Positions 1-10,746 of a DNA stretch of 64,000 bases are shown here, in pieces. The notes beneath the pieces were generated by a model. It was given only the letters and a program-made list of their open reading frames with translations, was not told where the DNA came from and did no database searches. This stretch comes from Candidatus Latescibacterota bacterium. GTDB taxonomy: Bacteria; Latescibacterota; UBA2968; GCA-2709665. Numbering within the stretch: the stretch's first letter is position 1; every line of letters begins with the position of its first letter. The stretch is taken from positions 4,448,001-4,512,000 of the forward strand of contig CBDCOX010000002.1 in assembly GCA_965219995.1 (NCBI GenBank), given 5' to 3'. Both the position numbers and the translations under genes were made by a program.

Positions 1-1208
1 ACGTCATTCCGGATGTCGCGTTCGGTCAGCGGCCAGCCGGCGTTCCTCAGCGCTTCGTATTTCCCGGCGAAAACCGGCGCGATGGCGTTGATCGAATGGG
101 TCCATTTGTAGAGTAGCTGGTCCAGGATCCTCGCGTCGGAGTGCTGCGGCACGAATCCGGATCCGAGCAGTTCGAGGCGCTCCGCCGTGATTTCCCGGAT
201 AATGCTGGGGTTGTTCATGAACCACCAGCAGCCGAAGGGCGTGACGTTCGGGAATTTCCTGGCGGCCACGCAGAGTTCGTGCTGGTTCTCGCGGGATAGC
301 AGCGTGACGAGGAAGTTCACGTCGGGCCAGTCGCGGGCGATGTTCTCGAGTACGGTAACGTCCCATTTCCCCAGGCCGTCGCCGCCGTCGTGAAGCAGGG
401 GGTTGACCCCTCGTCTGACGCCCACCATCATGGCGGCGGGAATCCCGTGATTGCGGGCGGTGGGGAAGACCGCGGCGCCCATCAATTTCGCAACGGCGGA
501 CCCGGACGGATAGGCGAAGTCAGGCGGGAGGGAGATGGCCAGGTAACGGGCAGCCATCCGCGCGATCCAGTCGTCGAAGTAGCGGCGAAGTTCCGCAATC
601 GTCCGGGACGAGAGATTGTCTTGTACGTCGTAACCCAGCGTATTCAACTTCGGGACCGGCGCGGGCCAGCCGACCAGGGCGCTGTCCAGCCGGAGGGCGG
701 CTTCGAACCGCGGGTCCCGCTCGAATCCCGCCCGCCAGACGGGACCCTCGAGGTCGTCCAGGGGATCGTTGGTCATGTAGACGCGGGCGACGCGGGACTT
801 GCTGAAAATGAGATCGACGTAGTCTTCCGGGTCCGTCTGTGAGAAGAGTGCGCGGAATTCGGACAGGGTCCCGGCCCGGGGGTTCAGCCCCAGCGAAGAC
901 ATGACGGTCACAACGCCCAGTTGGGCTTCGGACAGCGGGCTGCCGCTTCCCGCGAAGAGCGTGCGCCAGACAACGTCGGCCTGGTGCGGTTTCGTCAATG
1001 CGTTGAACTGCGCAACGGTGACCCCGGCGGGAAGCTGTCGGCAGGTTTCGACCTTGAGATAGTGGTAGGTCAGCAGTTCGTCGGGTCCCATCAGGCAGAG
1101 CGGACCCATCTGAGTCGGATAGAGGTGGGTGTGAACGTCGACGAAGGCCTGATTCTCCAGGGCGCAGGCGACCGCTTCGCTGACCGAGAAACGGACGGTG
1201 GATGCCAT
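1..1208 (-). CDS. uxaC: Uronate (glucuronate) isomerase, amidohydrolase superfamily; 3' end runs off the window
   Basis: Not in the ORF track (no stop inside the window). Manual translation from the ATG at 1208: MASTVRF...DVHTHLYP...DELLTYHYL...VYMTNDPLDD...LSRENQHELCVAARKF...FGCWWFMNNP...PQHSDARILDQLLYKW, matching the Bacillus halodurans BH0493-type uronate isomerase motifs. Confidence 0.85.
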   Translation of the reverse strand, partial: MASTVRFSVSEAVACALENQAFVDVHTHLYPTQMGPLCLMGPDELLTYHYLKVETCRQLPAGVTVAQFNALTKPHQADVVWRTLFAGSGSPLSEAQLGVVTVMSSLGLNPRAGTLSEFRALFSQTDPEDYVDLIFSKSRVARVYMTNDPLDDLEGPVWRAGFERDPRFEAALRLDSALVGWPAPVPKLNTLGYDVQDNLSSRTIAELRRYFDDWIARMAARYLAISLPPDFAYPSGSAVAKLMGAAVFPTARNHGIPAAMMVGVRRGVNPLLHDGGDGLGKWDVTVLENIARDWPDVNFLVTLLSRENQHELCVAARKFPNVTPFGCWWFMNNPSIIREITAERLELLGSGFVPQHSDARILDQLLYKWTHSINAIAPVFAGKYEALRNAGWPLTERDIRND

Positions 1209-1303
1209 GACACTTCCTCTATTGACTGGACCGCGCACGGGAAAGACGCGGAACGGAGAACGTCGCGCCGAGCCGGTTTACGGAGCCTTCGCGACACCGG
1301 CTC

Positions 1304-2272
1304 TCAAGCCGTCTGGATGAGATATCCCATTTCCTTATCGACCACGTTCATCAGGGGCTCTCCGGCCAGAAAGCGCCGCAGGTTCTCCCTGAAGATTCGA
1401 AGGATATTCCCCCGTCCTTCGGGGGAGTACCCGGCGGAGTGTGGAGCGAACACGACGCTGGGCATGTCCCACAGGGGACTCGAATCCGGCAGCGGTTCCT
1501 CTTCGAAAACGTCCAGGCCGGCCCCGGCGATTCGTTTTTCCTGAAGCGCCCGGACCAGGTCGGCCTCGTTGACGATGGGACCGCGCGCGATATTCACCAG
1601 AAAGGCCGTTTCTTTCATCCGGTTGAAGCACGCTGCGTCGATGATGCCATTCGTTTTTTCGGTCAACGGCAGCGCGACGACGACGTAATCGGCGTCGGCG
1701 ATGGCGGTCAGCAGCGTTTCGGGCCGGAACAGCCGGCGAACGCCGGCGGGCGGTGTCCCAACCTGGGCGTCGACAGCGGTCACCCTGAGGCCGAGGGCAT
1801 CGAGCCGGACGGCGATGCTGCGCCCGATGGAACCCAGGCCGAGCACGCATGCCGTTTTTCCGTGGATCTGAGAGAGCGCCCCGATGTGCCGGTCCCAGAC
1901 GCGGTCCTTCCGGTCGCGTTCGAAGTGCATGAGTCCCCGCGCGTGGACGAGCATGAATGCAAGCGCCTGTTCCGCCATCGCGGCGTCGAAGGCGCCGGCG
2001 GTATTGGTAATGATCACGTCGCTCCGGATCATTTCCGGATACAGCATGGTTTCGAATCCCACGCCGATACTCTGAACCCACCTGAGTCTCTTCGCCTTCA
2101 GAAACGGGTCCCGCGGCAACCGCCCGTAGACGACGTCCGCGTCCGCAATCTCCCGCAGGAGGTCTTCGTCGGAATGCGCCGCGACCGCCCTCACGCACGG
2201 AGAAACGGATTCGAGATCTTCGCGCCACTCCGTCCAGGGTCCGGCCATAATGACGACTTTCACCGTGTCCAT
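1304..2272 (-). CDS. D-2-hydroxyacid dehydrogenase (NAD-binding)
   Basis: GLGSIG Rossmann motif, LVNIARGPIVNE, GAGLDVFEEEPLP, PHSAG. Confidence 0.9.
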   Translation of the reverse strand: MDTVKVVIMAGPWTEWREDLESVSPCVRAVAAHSDEDLLREIADADVVYGRLPRDPFLKAKRLRWVQSIGVGFETMLYPEMIRSDVIITNTAGAFDAAMAEQALAFMLVHARGLMHFERDRKDRVWDRHIGALSQIHGKTACVLGLGSIGRSIAVRLDALGLRVTAVDAQVGTPPAGVRRLFRPETLLTAIADADYVVVALPLTEKTNGIIDAACFNRMKETAFLVNIARGPIVNEADLVRALQEKRIAGAGLDVFEEEPLPDSSPLWDMPSVVFAPHSAGYSPEGRGNILRIFRENLRRFLAGEPLMNVVDKEMGYLIQTA

Positions 2273-3132
2273 CGCGATCCTTCATATGTAGAGAGGAAAA
2301 GATAGAATGCCGAAATCGCGCCAGTCCGCGCCTGAATTCCGTCCGGCGTTTTGCATTCTTACATTCATGCCGACGATCCACCGAACGCTCACCGAAGCGC
2401 CCCTCGAAAGTCGCCGGATTGACACGGGGGAACGCAATATCTATATTGGTAGTTGTTCATTCGGCGCCCGTGGAGCCAGGTTCGTCGCATTGTCGGCGAA
2501 ACTGACGGACAGTATATTTCTTTTGGCGGCGCAAGTCAAGAAGCGGAAAACGGCAGCGCATCGGGGAAGGGAACTCCGGAAGAGGAAGGCGTTCCGTATC
2601 GGAGGCGGCAGGAAACAGATGGACGGCCAACGCCGTTCGCGTACGTGGGACATTGTGGCGAATTGCTCCAGTCGGAAACCCGACCTCAGCCCCGGATTGT
2701 ACGCGAGCCAAATTTTTTTTCCGGGTTTTATTGCGAATTGCCGCGATTTTACTATATTAATAACAGGATTGTCAATAAGCAGGATTGTCGCAATTTTCCC
2801 CTACGTGTTCCATTCCGAACAGCAGCCGGAACAACCTCCCCAGATTTTCGAGCGGTTCGAAGGAAATTCGATAGGACCCGGTCGCAGGAGAATAGGAGAG
2901 GCTGCCTATGGTGACGAAAGAGGAGTATTCTGTACCACTCTCTTTCGCGACGATGATTCGGGCGATTGAGTCCGCGAGTCCGGATCATTTATTCCTCCAG
3001 CAGGTTCAACCCGATTCTGATAAGCGTGAATCGATACACACCGTGTAAAGCCGTTGCTGCCGCCCGCCCAGAGGGATGAATTCAATCGATCATATGCCCG
3101 TTTCGCGAAACCCGAAACAAAGGAATTCCGCT

Positions 3133-5784
3133 ATGTCGTTTTGTTCCAGATTCAAAGTGACGACGTTTGTTTTCAGGTCCGTTGCGCTTACAGTAGCCGC
3201 GCTTCTCTTCATGACAGGCGTCACCTCGTCGCAGGAATCCGAGGCCACGGCCGACACCGATACTTCGGAAATTATCCTCGATGAAATCGTCGAACTCGAA
3301 GAACTGGTCGTGATCGGGTCCCGGCGGCCGCGCTCCGTAACGAAATCGGTCGTGCCCATCGACGTGGTCAGCAGCGAGGATTTCGTCAAGCAGGGCGGCA
3401 CGGATATGACCGACCTGTTGAGAAACGTGATTCCCTCCTATAACGTCAACACCCAGCCCATCAGCGACGCCGGAACGGTTGTCCGGCCGCCGAACCTTCG
3501 CGGTCTGGCGCCCGACCACGCGCTGGTGCTCGTCAACGGCAAGCGCCGGCATCGGGCCGCCGTGATCCACTGGCTGGGCAACGGCGTCGCGGACGGCGCG
3601 CAGGGCCCCGACCTGACCGCCATCCCGGCCATCGCCCTGAAACGTGTGGAGGTCCTCCGTGACGGCGCCTCGGCGCAGTATGGATCCGACGCCATTGCGG
3701 GCGTGCTTGACTTCCGCCTGAAAGACAACAACGAGGGAATGGCAGCCGACGTGAAGGTGGGGAGTTTTCAGGATGGGGAAGGGAAGTTTCTGGGCGACGG
3801 CGAGATGTTCACGGCCGCGTTCAACATCGGTCTGGGCAATGAGAACACTTGGGCCAACCTCAGCCTGGAGTATGGCAATACCGGTGAAACCGTCCGGTCC
3901 GTGCAGCGCAATGACGCTGCGGGCCTGATTTTGGCAGGCAACACCGAGGTGGCGAATCCCGCCCAGATCTGGGGCCAGCCATTCGTCCGCGACGACCTGA
4001 AAATCTTCGCCAACTACGGTGCCACACTGGGAGAGAGCGTCGATTTCTACGGTCATGCGAATTATGCCGACAAGGAAACGGAAGGCGGGTTCTATTTCCG
4101 AAATCCGCATACGCGCAGCGGCGTTTTCAAGGGCCCGTTGATCGATCTGGACGGGGACGGCGAGGCCGAGACCGCATCGCTGCTGGTCGGCGACCTCGAC
4201 GGCGTGGGCCAGGGCGGCGAGTGCGCACCGGTGCCCATTATAGACAACAAGCCCGAACAGAACGCGTGGCTTCAGGTGCGCGACGATCCCAATTGCTTCT
4301 CCTTCCTGAAGATGTTTCCCGGGGGATTCACGCCGCGGTTCGGCGCATTTACAACGGATGAGTCCATCCTCATGGGCATCAAAGGCAGCGGGATCGGACA
4401 GCAGGCGCTGGCGTCCTGGGACCTGAGCATGTCCTACGGCCGTCACGAGGCGGACTACTTCATCTTCAATACGGTGAACGCATCCATGGGGCCCGCCACG
4501 CCCACGTATTTCGATCCGGGTTCCTACGTCCAGTCGGACGTCACCGTGGATTTGGGTGTGACCTATCCTGTGAACCCGCAGGTCTTCCTTGCGGCGGGTC
4601 TGGAATACCGGAAAGAAACGTTTGAGATCGTCGAGGGCCAGATCGAGTCCTATATTATCGGCCAGCCGCTGGCCAGCCAGGGATTTCAGCCGGCGACGAA
4701 CGGCTTTTCCGGCTTCAGCAAAGTGGCCGCCGGCAGGTGGTCGAGACCGAACATCGCGGTCTACGCGGAAGGGGACATTCAGCCCTCGGACCGGGCGTCA
4801 TTTTCCCTTGCTCTGCGCCAGGAGCGTTTCGACGAATTGAAAACGTTGTCGAATACTCCGCCGTTGTCATCCGAGACGTACAATTCCAGCAACTACAAGG
4901 CTGCTTTCAACATCGGCGTAACCGAGGACACCAGGGTGCGCGGCAGTTACAGCACCGGCTTCAGGGCGCCCACGCCGGGCCAGCAGAGCGCCTTCAACAT
5001 CACCACCGAGTTCAACTTCGAGAAGAACGACCTGGTGAACAACGGAACGGTCCCGTCCACCAGTCGCGCTGCGGCGTTGAAAGGGGCAAAGCCTCTGGTG
5101 CCCGAGAAGTCCAAAAACCTCTCGCTGGGTGTCGTCCTGGATATGGGCAATGCAAGCATGACGGTCGATTACTTCGACATCAGGGTGAACGACCGCCTGA
5201 CGGTTTCGCAGGACTTTGCGCTTACTGATCCTGAGAGGGAGCAACTCATCCGGGAGGGTCTCACCAGCGCGGCTGGGCTGCAGGAATTCCGCTTCTTCAC
5301 CAACGACTTTAACTCCAAGACCCAGGGCATCGACGTGGTAATTTCGGTTCCGGTGGGGCTGGGCGCGATGAACGTCGCATACAACTACACGGGTACGAAG
5401 GTTACGGAACACAATCCGGAAATTCTGGACGATCTCCGGCTCAGGGAACTGGAGGAAAACCTTCCCAAACAGCGCGGGAACCTGACCCTGACCCAGACGC
5501 TCACGAGCCGCTGGGACGTGCTGGGCCGCATCAACTATTTCGGCGAATGGTACGACTCCGAAGACGACCAGGTGTACAGCGGCAAGGTCCTGATCGACGC
5601 CGAGACCAGCGTCTCGTTCGACGACTACAGATCGACGATTGCGATCGGCGCGCAGAACATCTTCAATACGTATCCCGACGAACACCAGAAGGCCCGGGAC
5701 AGGACGGGCAACAAGTACAGCCAGTTCAGCCCGTTCGGTTTCGGCGGCGCCTTCTGGTACGCGAAATACAGCTTTAACTATTAA
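3133..5784 (+). CDS. TonB-dependent receptor
   Basis: Signal peptide, EELVVIGSRR TonB-box region, plug motif LVLVNGKRRH, RVEVLRDGASAQYGSDAIAGV, aromatic C-terminus. ATG 3133 follows AGGA; the ORF track starts at 3076. Confidence 0.93.
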   Translation: MSFCSRFKVTTFVFRSVALTVAALLFMTGVTSSQESEATADTDTSEIILDEIVELEELVVIGSRRPRSVTKSVVPIDVVSSEDFVKQGGTDMTDLLRNVIPSYNVNTQPISDAGTVVRPPNLRGLAPDHALVLVNGKRRHRAAVIHWLGNGVADGAQGPDLTAIPAIALKRVEVLRDGASAQYGSDAIAGVLDFRLKDNNEGMAADVKVGSFQDGEGKFLGDGEMFTAAFNIGLGNENTWANLSLEYGNTGETVRSVQRNDAAGLILAGNTEVANPAQIWGQPFVRDDLKIFANYGATLGESVDFYGHANYADKETEGGFYFRNPHTRSGVFKGPLIDLDGDGEAETASLLVGDLDGVGQGGECAPVPIIDNKPEQNAWLQVRDDPNCFSFLKMFPGGFTPRFGAFTTDESILMGIKGSGIGQQALASWDLSMSYGRHEADYFIFNTVNASMGPATPTYFDPGSYVQSDVTVDLGVTYPVNPQVFLAAGLEYRKETFEIVEGQIESYIIGQPLASQGFQPATNGFSGFSKVAAGRWSRPNIAVYAEGDIQPSDRASFSLALRQERFDELKTLSNTPPLSSETYNSSNYKAAFNIGVTEDTRVRGSYSTGFRAPTPGQQSAFNITTEFNFEKNDLVNNGTVPSTSRAAALKGAKPLVPEKSKNLSLGVVLDMGNASMTVDYFDIRVNDRLTVSQDFALTDPEREQLIREGLTSAAGLQEFRFFTNDFNSKTQGIDVVISVPVGLGAMNVAYNYTGTKVTEHNPEILDDLRLRELEENLPKQRGNLTLTQTLTSRWDVLGRINYFGEWYDSEDDQVYSGKVLIDAETSVSFDDYRSTIAIGAQNIFNTYPDEHQKARDRTGNKYSQFSPFGFGGAFWYAKYSFNY

Positions 5785-5836
5785 ACTCTGCCAGCGCGCC
5801 CAATGTAAAAACGGGCGGCGCGCGTCGAGTCGCACT

Positions 5837-5882
5837 AAAAAAAACGCAACGGCAATACATCCTGCCGTGGCGTTTTTTTTTT
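5837..5882. terminator. Bidirectional rho-independent terminator
   Basis: A-run + AACGCAACGGCA-loop-TGCCGTGGCGTT + T-run between convergent genes. Confidence 0.85.
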
Positions 5883-5910
5883 GGTGTCGGGTGGCGTGTC
5901 GGGGCCTGGC

Positions 5911-6690
5911 TTATCGGTAGAACACGGGACAGGTTTCCGTGTTGTCGATGAACTTGGCCAGGGTGCCCTCGGGCTGGCCGGCGGGGTGGGATTTCTCCGT
6001 ACGCATGTGGATGGCGAAACTCCTTCTGGGCGCTCCGGAGCGGTTGGGACGGCTTCCGTGAAAGGTGAGACAGTGGTGGAACGAAACGCCGCCGGGTGGA
6101 AGGACGGCCTCGACCTCCCGCCACGTTTCGCCGGTGGGAAGGGTGATCTGCTCGCGCTGCATTTCAATGTCGTCGAAGTAGAAGGCGCCCTGGTTGAGCA
6201 GCCCCCACCTGTGAGAGCCCGTGACGAATGCCATGGGGCCCGTATCGGGTCCCACGTCGGATACGGCAACCCAGGCTGTAAATAACTCGCTGCCCTCCCG
6301 CCATGCCTTCCAGTACTGCCGGTCCTGGTGCCAGCCGACGCTCACGCCGGACTCCGAGTCGTTCCTTGCAGGCGGCTTGGACAGGAGTTGGACCCACCAG
6401 ACCTGCACCCTTTTCGCACCGGTGACTTCCGCGGCAAGCCTGCCGAGATCGGGGTGGCTGACAAGCTCCAGGATGGCGCGGTTGGCGAGTTGGGGCATTT
6501 CGACTTTGCCCAGCTTGTCCGGGTCGTCGCCGGGGTTCCAATAGGAAGGCTGCGGGGGAATGCCGGTCTCGTATCTCCCGGCCAGCACGTCATCCATCCC
6601 CTCCATGGCGCGGCGGACCAGGTCTTCCGGAATCACCGGTCGTGGGTGGATGACGTAACCATCCCTCAGGTAGTCTTCGTTTAATGCCAT
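5911..6690 (-). CDS. Phytanoyl-CoA dioxygenase (PhyH) family Fe(II)/2OG oxygenase
   Basis: WHQD (HxD), AWVAVSDV, FHHCLTFHGS, PRR. Confidence 0.9.
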   Translation of the reverse strand: MALNEDYLRDGYVIHPRPVIPEDLVRRAMEGMDDVLAGRYETGIPPQPSYWNPGDDPDKLGKVEMPQLANRAILELVSHPDLGRLAAEVTGAKRVQVWWVQLLSKPPARNDSESGVSVGWHQDRQYWKAWREGSELFTAWVAVSDVGPDTGPMAFVTGSHRWGLLNQGAFYFDDIEMQREQITLPTGETWREVEAVLPPGGVSFHHCLTFHGSRPNRSGAPRRSFAIHMRTEKSHPAGQPEGTLAKFIDNTETCPVFYR

Positions 6691-6718
6691 CGGCTACTCC
6701 TCTCAGCCCTTCGCGCTT

Positions 6719-8356
6719 TTACCATGCCACAGCATAGCCGTCCCGGCGCGGGTCCGACCCGCCAATGAGTGTGTTGGTTTCCGGGCGCATGCGGATGGCC
6801 TGTGCGCTGCCGGGGCCGTCCCAGTCACCCAGGATGCGGAGGTCGTGGCCCCGCCGGGAGAGGCCCTCGCGGACCTTTTTCGAAAACCTGCCCTCGAGTT
6901 GAAGGACGTCTTCGCAGGTATGCGGGACGGTGGATTCCATCGGGTTCTGCAGACTGCGCCATCGGGGCGCCTCTACAGCCTCCTGCGGGGTCATGCCGAA
7001 ATCCAGAATATGCGTGATGAGCTGGAGATTGGTCTGTACCTGGGTGTCGGCGCCGGGCGTGCCGCACACGAGCACCGCTTTGTCGCCTCTCGTTACAATG
7101 ACCGGGTTCATGGTATGGCGCACCCGTTTCCCGGGCATGAGGCAGTTGGGGTGGTCCTCTTCCAGGTGCCAGTACGTCATCCGGTTATTGAGGAGAATAC
7201 CCGTGTTTCCCGCGAGCAGGCCGGCGCCGAATCCGGACTGGATGGACTGCAGTACGCAGACGGCGTTTCCCCACCTGTCCGCCGTGCAGAAGCACGTGGT
7301 GTCCTCGTGCGACTCGGGCCTGCCTGGGGGGACGTCGGTGGCCGCGCGGTCCGGGTCGATGCGCCGCGCCTGTTCCTCCGCATAGGCCTTGGAAAGCAGG
7401 CCGCTGATCGGGATATCCAGCCAGTCCGGATCTGCGACGTAGGCTTCCCTGTCTGAAAACGCGAGCTTCTTGGCCTCCACCATCAGATGGACGCACTCGG
7501 CCGTGTTGCATCCGAGGGCCTGGAGATCGAATCGCTCCACGATATTGAGTTCCTGGAGCAGGATGTGGCCGCTGGAATTCGGCGGCATCTCATACACGGT
7601 GTGGCCGCGGTACGTGGTGTGGATGGGGTCAGCCCACCCGGCCCGGTGGTTCGCCAGGTCTTCCATGGCCAGCAGGCCGCCATGGGAACGGCTGAAGGCG
7701 ACAATGGCTTCCGCGAGTTCTCCCTCGTACAGGGCCGCCCGGCCTTCCGCGGCGATCCGGCGCAGCGTGGCGCCCAGGTCGTTCTGACGCAGGACGTCGC
7801 CAGCGGCGATGGGCCGGCCGTCCTTTGTAAACACGTCGCGGGTGAGAGGGTCCGAGGCGAAGTTCGCTGTCCAGGCGCGCAGGCTGCCGGACAATTTGTG
7901 GCTGACGGGAAATCCGTCTTCGCAGAGGGAGATGGCGGGTTCCAGGACCCGTTCGAGACCGAGAAGACCGTGGCGCTCGTGAGCGACGAGCCAGCCGTCC
8001 ACGAGGCCGGGGACGGAAACGCTCAGAATGCCCCTCATTGGAATTCCGCCGCGTTTCAGATAGAATTCCCTGGTGGCGGCGCGCGGCGCGGCGCCGGTTG
8101 CATTGACGGCCGAGACCTCGCCGGTATCGGCTTTGTATATCAGAAGATAGCCGTCGCCGCCCGCGCCCGACGCGGCGGGTTCGACCACGCCCAGCGCGGC
8201 GGCAGTGGCGACGGCGGCGTCGATGGCGTTGCCGCCGGCCATCAGCGCGGCGATGCCGGCCTGGGACGCCAGGGCATGGCCGGAAGCGACGAGTCCGTTG
8301 TTGCCCATCACCGCCGGGCGAAAAGCGTGGTGGCCGATGCCGTGAGGCGATTGCAT
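6719..8356 (-). CDS. ggt: Gamma-glutamyltransferase family protein
   Basis: GGNAIDAAVA, EMPPNSSG, DTT (Ntn nucleophile Thr), GILLNNR, PGKRVRHTMNP, GGSDPRRDG. Confidence 0.93.
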   Translation of the reverse strand: MQSPHGIGHHAFRPAVMGNNGLVASGHALASQAGIAALMAGGNAIDAAVATAAALGVVEPAASGAGGDGYLLIYKADTGEVSAVNATGAAPRAATREFYLKRGGIPMRGILSVSVPGLVDGWLVAHERHGLLGLERVLEPAISLCEDGFPVSHKLSGSLRAWTANFASDPLTRDVFTKDGRPIAAGDVLRQNDLGATLRRIAAEGRAALYEGELAEAIVAFSRSHGGLLAMEDLANHRAGWADPIHTTYRGHTVYEMPPNSSGHILLQELNIVERFDLQALGCNTAECVHLMVEAKKLAFSDREAYVADPDWLDIPISGLLSKAYAEEQARRIDPDRAATDVPPGRPESHEDTTCFCTADRWGNAVCVLQSIQSGFGAGLLAGNTGILLNNRMTYWHLEEDHPNCLMPGKRVRHTMNPVIVTRGDKAVLVCGTPGADTQVQTNLQLITHILDFGMTPQEAVEAPRWRSLQNPMESTVPHTCEDVLQLEGRFSKKVREGLSRRGHDLRILGDWDGPGSAQAIRMRPETNTLIGGSDPRRDGYAVAW

Positions 8357-8371
8357 GGCGTTCTCCGTGAG

Positions 8372-9655
8372 TCAGTGCTGGAAACGGAACATCCGCGAAT
8401 AGGGCACCGGATCGAGGAACATGCCGCCGCTTTCCCGGTAGTAGTCCTCGTCGAGGACGAATGCGCCGGACCTGGGCGTGAGCCACGACGCGTCGGGAAT
8501 GGGATAATCGGTAAGCAATTCGGCCCAGTTGCCGTAGTTTTCGGGCCCGTTGGATTCGATCAGCCCGCCTCTGATTCCCGGGAATGCGGGCAGGCGGGCC
8601 GCGACGTTCTTGTTCCACTCCACCAGGAGGGGAATGCATCCGTTGTCGGCCACGAAGCACGACACCCCGGCCTCCGTCGCGGCGCGCACCATCCGGAACG
8701 CCAGCGATAGCGTCTTTCCCGCGGGCTTGATGGCAATCGCGCCGTACCCCTGGCTGGTCCGCGTGCGCACGTCCTCAACGATCTGCACGCTCTCGTCGGC
8801 CGCGAACCGGCCCGGAAGGTCGGCGACGTCGATCCCTTCGGGATTTCGAAACGGCTCTTCGATGATGAGGATGTGTTCGTGAATGCCGGCCTTGTGCGCG
8901 TGGTCCAGCAGGCGGGCCATGGAGTCCTTCTTCTCGTATCGTGCGTTTGCGTCGAGATAGTAGACGACGTTCCCGGAGTCCGTCATCGGCGTGTCGTACC
9001 GTGCGGCGAGGCCATGGATGCGGTCGAGCCACGCGATGTCCTTCCGCACCATATCGGACTCCTCGCCGGGTTGCCCGATCTTGATTTTCAGAATGTAGAC
9101 GCCCGTGTCCAGAATATCCCGCAGTTCGTCCATGGGCATTCCATAGCCAACGGCCGGGGCCACCGCGAGACGGGTCTGGCGGCTCGCAAGATACGGTCGG
9201 TACGCGCGAGGAATGAGATCGTCGAAGGTTTCGATCCCGTTGCGCTTTGCGTGGAGCAGCCACGCGGCGTTGTCCAGGGCCACGAGAGCGATGAGGGTGA
9301 AACTGAGCCGCAGGTTCGGATTGCCGGTGACGGTCCTGCCGTAGTCGTGAACCTCCGGGACGAGCTCCGAAAGCAGGGCGGGCGGGTCCGCGAATTCCCG
9401 GTCCACCGCCTGCTGAAGCGCGAATTCGAGAACCGCGGACATGAGGATATTGCCGCCAACTTCGGTATGGTTCGAAAACACGTCGGGGTCGGACCAGAGC
9501 ACGGCCGTGCCGCCCACACCCACCGCCTCGTTATCGTCTTCGTCTCTCAAGCGTACGACCAGGTTCCACTTCTCGTGGAAGGCCGCGCCCTTGAACGCGA
9601 ACGGCCTGGCGAAAGGCTGACGCTGCATTTCCAGGTCGGCGTGGACGATTCGCAT
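8372..9655 (-). CDS. Enolase-superfamily enzyme (mandelate racemase/Ala-Glu epimerase-like)
   Basis: LKIKIG (KxK), YLDANA, IEEPF, AADES metal-ligand pattern. Confidence 0.8.
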   Translation of the reverse strand: MRIVHADLEMQRQPFARPFAFKGAAFHEKWNLVVRLRDEDDNEAVGVGGTAVLWSDPDVFSNHTEVGGNILMSAVLEFALQQAVDREFADPPALLSELVPEVHDYGRTVTGNPNLRLSFTLIALVALDNAAWLLHAKRNGIETFDDLIPRAYRPYLASRQTRLAVAPAVGYGMPMDELRDILDTGVYILKIKIGQPGEESDMVRKDIAWLDRIHGLAARYDTPMTDSGNVVYYLDANARYEKKDSMARLLDHAHKAGIHEHILIIEEPFRNPEGIDVADLPGRFAADESVQIVEDVRTRTSQGYGAIAIKPAGKTLSLAFRMVRAATEAGVSCFVADNGCIPLLVEWNKNVAARLPAFPGIRGGLIESNGPENYGNWAELLTDYPIPDASWLTPRSGAFVLDEDYYRESGGMFLDPVPYSRMFRFQH

Positions 9656-9662
9656 CCGAGCG

Positions 9663-10673
9663 TCAATCCCAGCGGGTGAGGTCCAGGAGGACGCCGAGCC
9701 AGGCGTCCTTTTCCTCCAGCAGGCCCCGGTAGGCCGCGGCGGCGCCGGAAGCCGGCAGGACGTGAGTGAGCAGGGGGGCGACCTTCAGGCGCTCCCGGGC
9801 GATGAAGTCCAGCATGAGATCGTCGGGGTCCGGATCGCCGAACTGCGCCGCGTCGACCTGCCTGGAGCCATGCGCGCCGATGAGGGACACGCCGGTGCGG
9901 TGAAGGTCGAAATAGAGGTCGACTTCGGCGCTACCCCGCGGGCTTCCCAGCAGGACGACCTGCCCCATCTGCGCCGCGGTCCGGATGGCCTGCGGGGCCA
10001 CGTCCGGATTGCCCGTGGCCTCGACCACGATCTGGCAACCCGCGCCGTTCGTCAAGGCATCGATGCGATCTCCAAGGCCCTCCGCGGCCGGGTTTATACA
10101 GGCCTCGACGCCGCAGGCCTTCGAGACGGACAGGCGTTCGGGTACGGTATCGATGCCGATGACCAGGCGTGCGCCCGAAAGCGCCATCAACTGCGCGGCC
10201 AGATTGCCGACGAGACCCTGGCCGAACACGGCGACCGTATGGCCGAGACGGATGCCGGACAGGCGCACGGCGGTAAGCGCGATCTTCGCCATGACCGCAA
10301 ACGGCGCCCGTTCGAGCGGCAGGTTCTCCGGGAGCTTGAGCAGAGACCGGCTTGAAGCGATCAGTGCGTGGGAGGCGTGCTTTCCCCGCACGTAGACCAG
10401 ATCGCCTTCGACCACGGTGTCCACGTCGCGGCCGGCAAGCAGTACGCGGCCGACGGACGCGTACCCCGGATAGAAGGGGTAGCTGGCGTAGGCAAAGTCC
10501 GCCAGCCGGAAGCCCACGTGCGTCTGCGTGAACATCGCCAGTTCCGTACCGGGGCTGATCAGGCCGTAGAGGTTTTGGACCAGGACTTCGCCGGGTCCCG
10601 GGGTGTCCCGGACCTCGACGTCGACGGTTTCCACCTTCTCTCTTTCAGGAAAAACAAGCTGTCTGACCTTCAT
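9663..10673 (-). CDS. MDR-family (zinc-binding alcohol dehydrogenase-like) oxidoreductase
   Basis: ISPGTE, YPGYASVG, GQGLVG Rossmann motif, VVEATG. Confidence 0.88.
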   Translation of the reverse strand: MKVRQLVFPEREKVETVDVEVRDTPGPGEVLVQNLYGLISPGTELAMFTQTHVGFRLADFAYASYPFYPGYASVGRVLLAGRDVDTVVEGDLVYVRGKHASHALIASSRSLLKLPENLPLERAPFAVMAKIALTAVRLSGIRLGHTVAVFGQGLVGNLAAQLMALSGARLVIGIDTVPERLSVSKACGVEACINPAAEGLGDRIDALTNGAGCQIVVEATGNPDVAPQAIRTAAQMGQVVLLGSPRGSAEVDLYFDLHRTGVSLIGAHGSRQVDAAQFGDPDPDDLMLDFIARERLKVAPLLTHVLPASGAAAAYRGLLEEKDAWLGVLLDLTRWD

Positions 10674-10746
10674 AACGAATCCTCAATGATTCGCGCACGG
10701 GCAACCGCGCCCGGGTTCCAGGGCTCGCTGGCGGATCGCTCCCGCG

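Noticed and set aside
4-1544. ORF-track calls in the first 1.5 kb
   Set aside because: Alternative frames of the uronate isomerase (open to the window edge) and the dehydrogenase.
2860-3130. Known riboswitch (cobalamin, glycine or TPP) upstream of the TonB receptor
   Set aside because: No diagnostic consensus found by eye; an Infernal scan would be needed.
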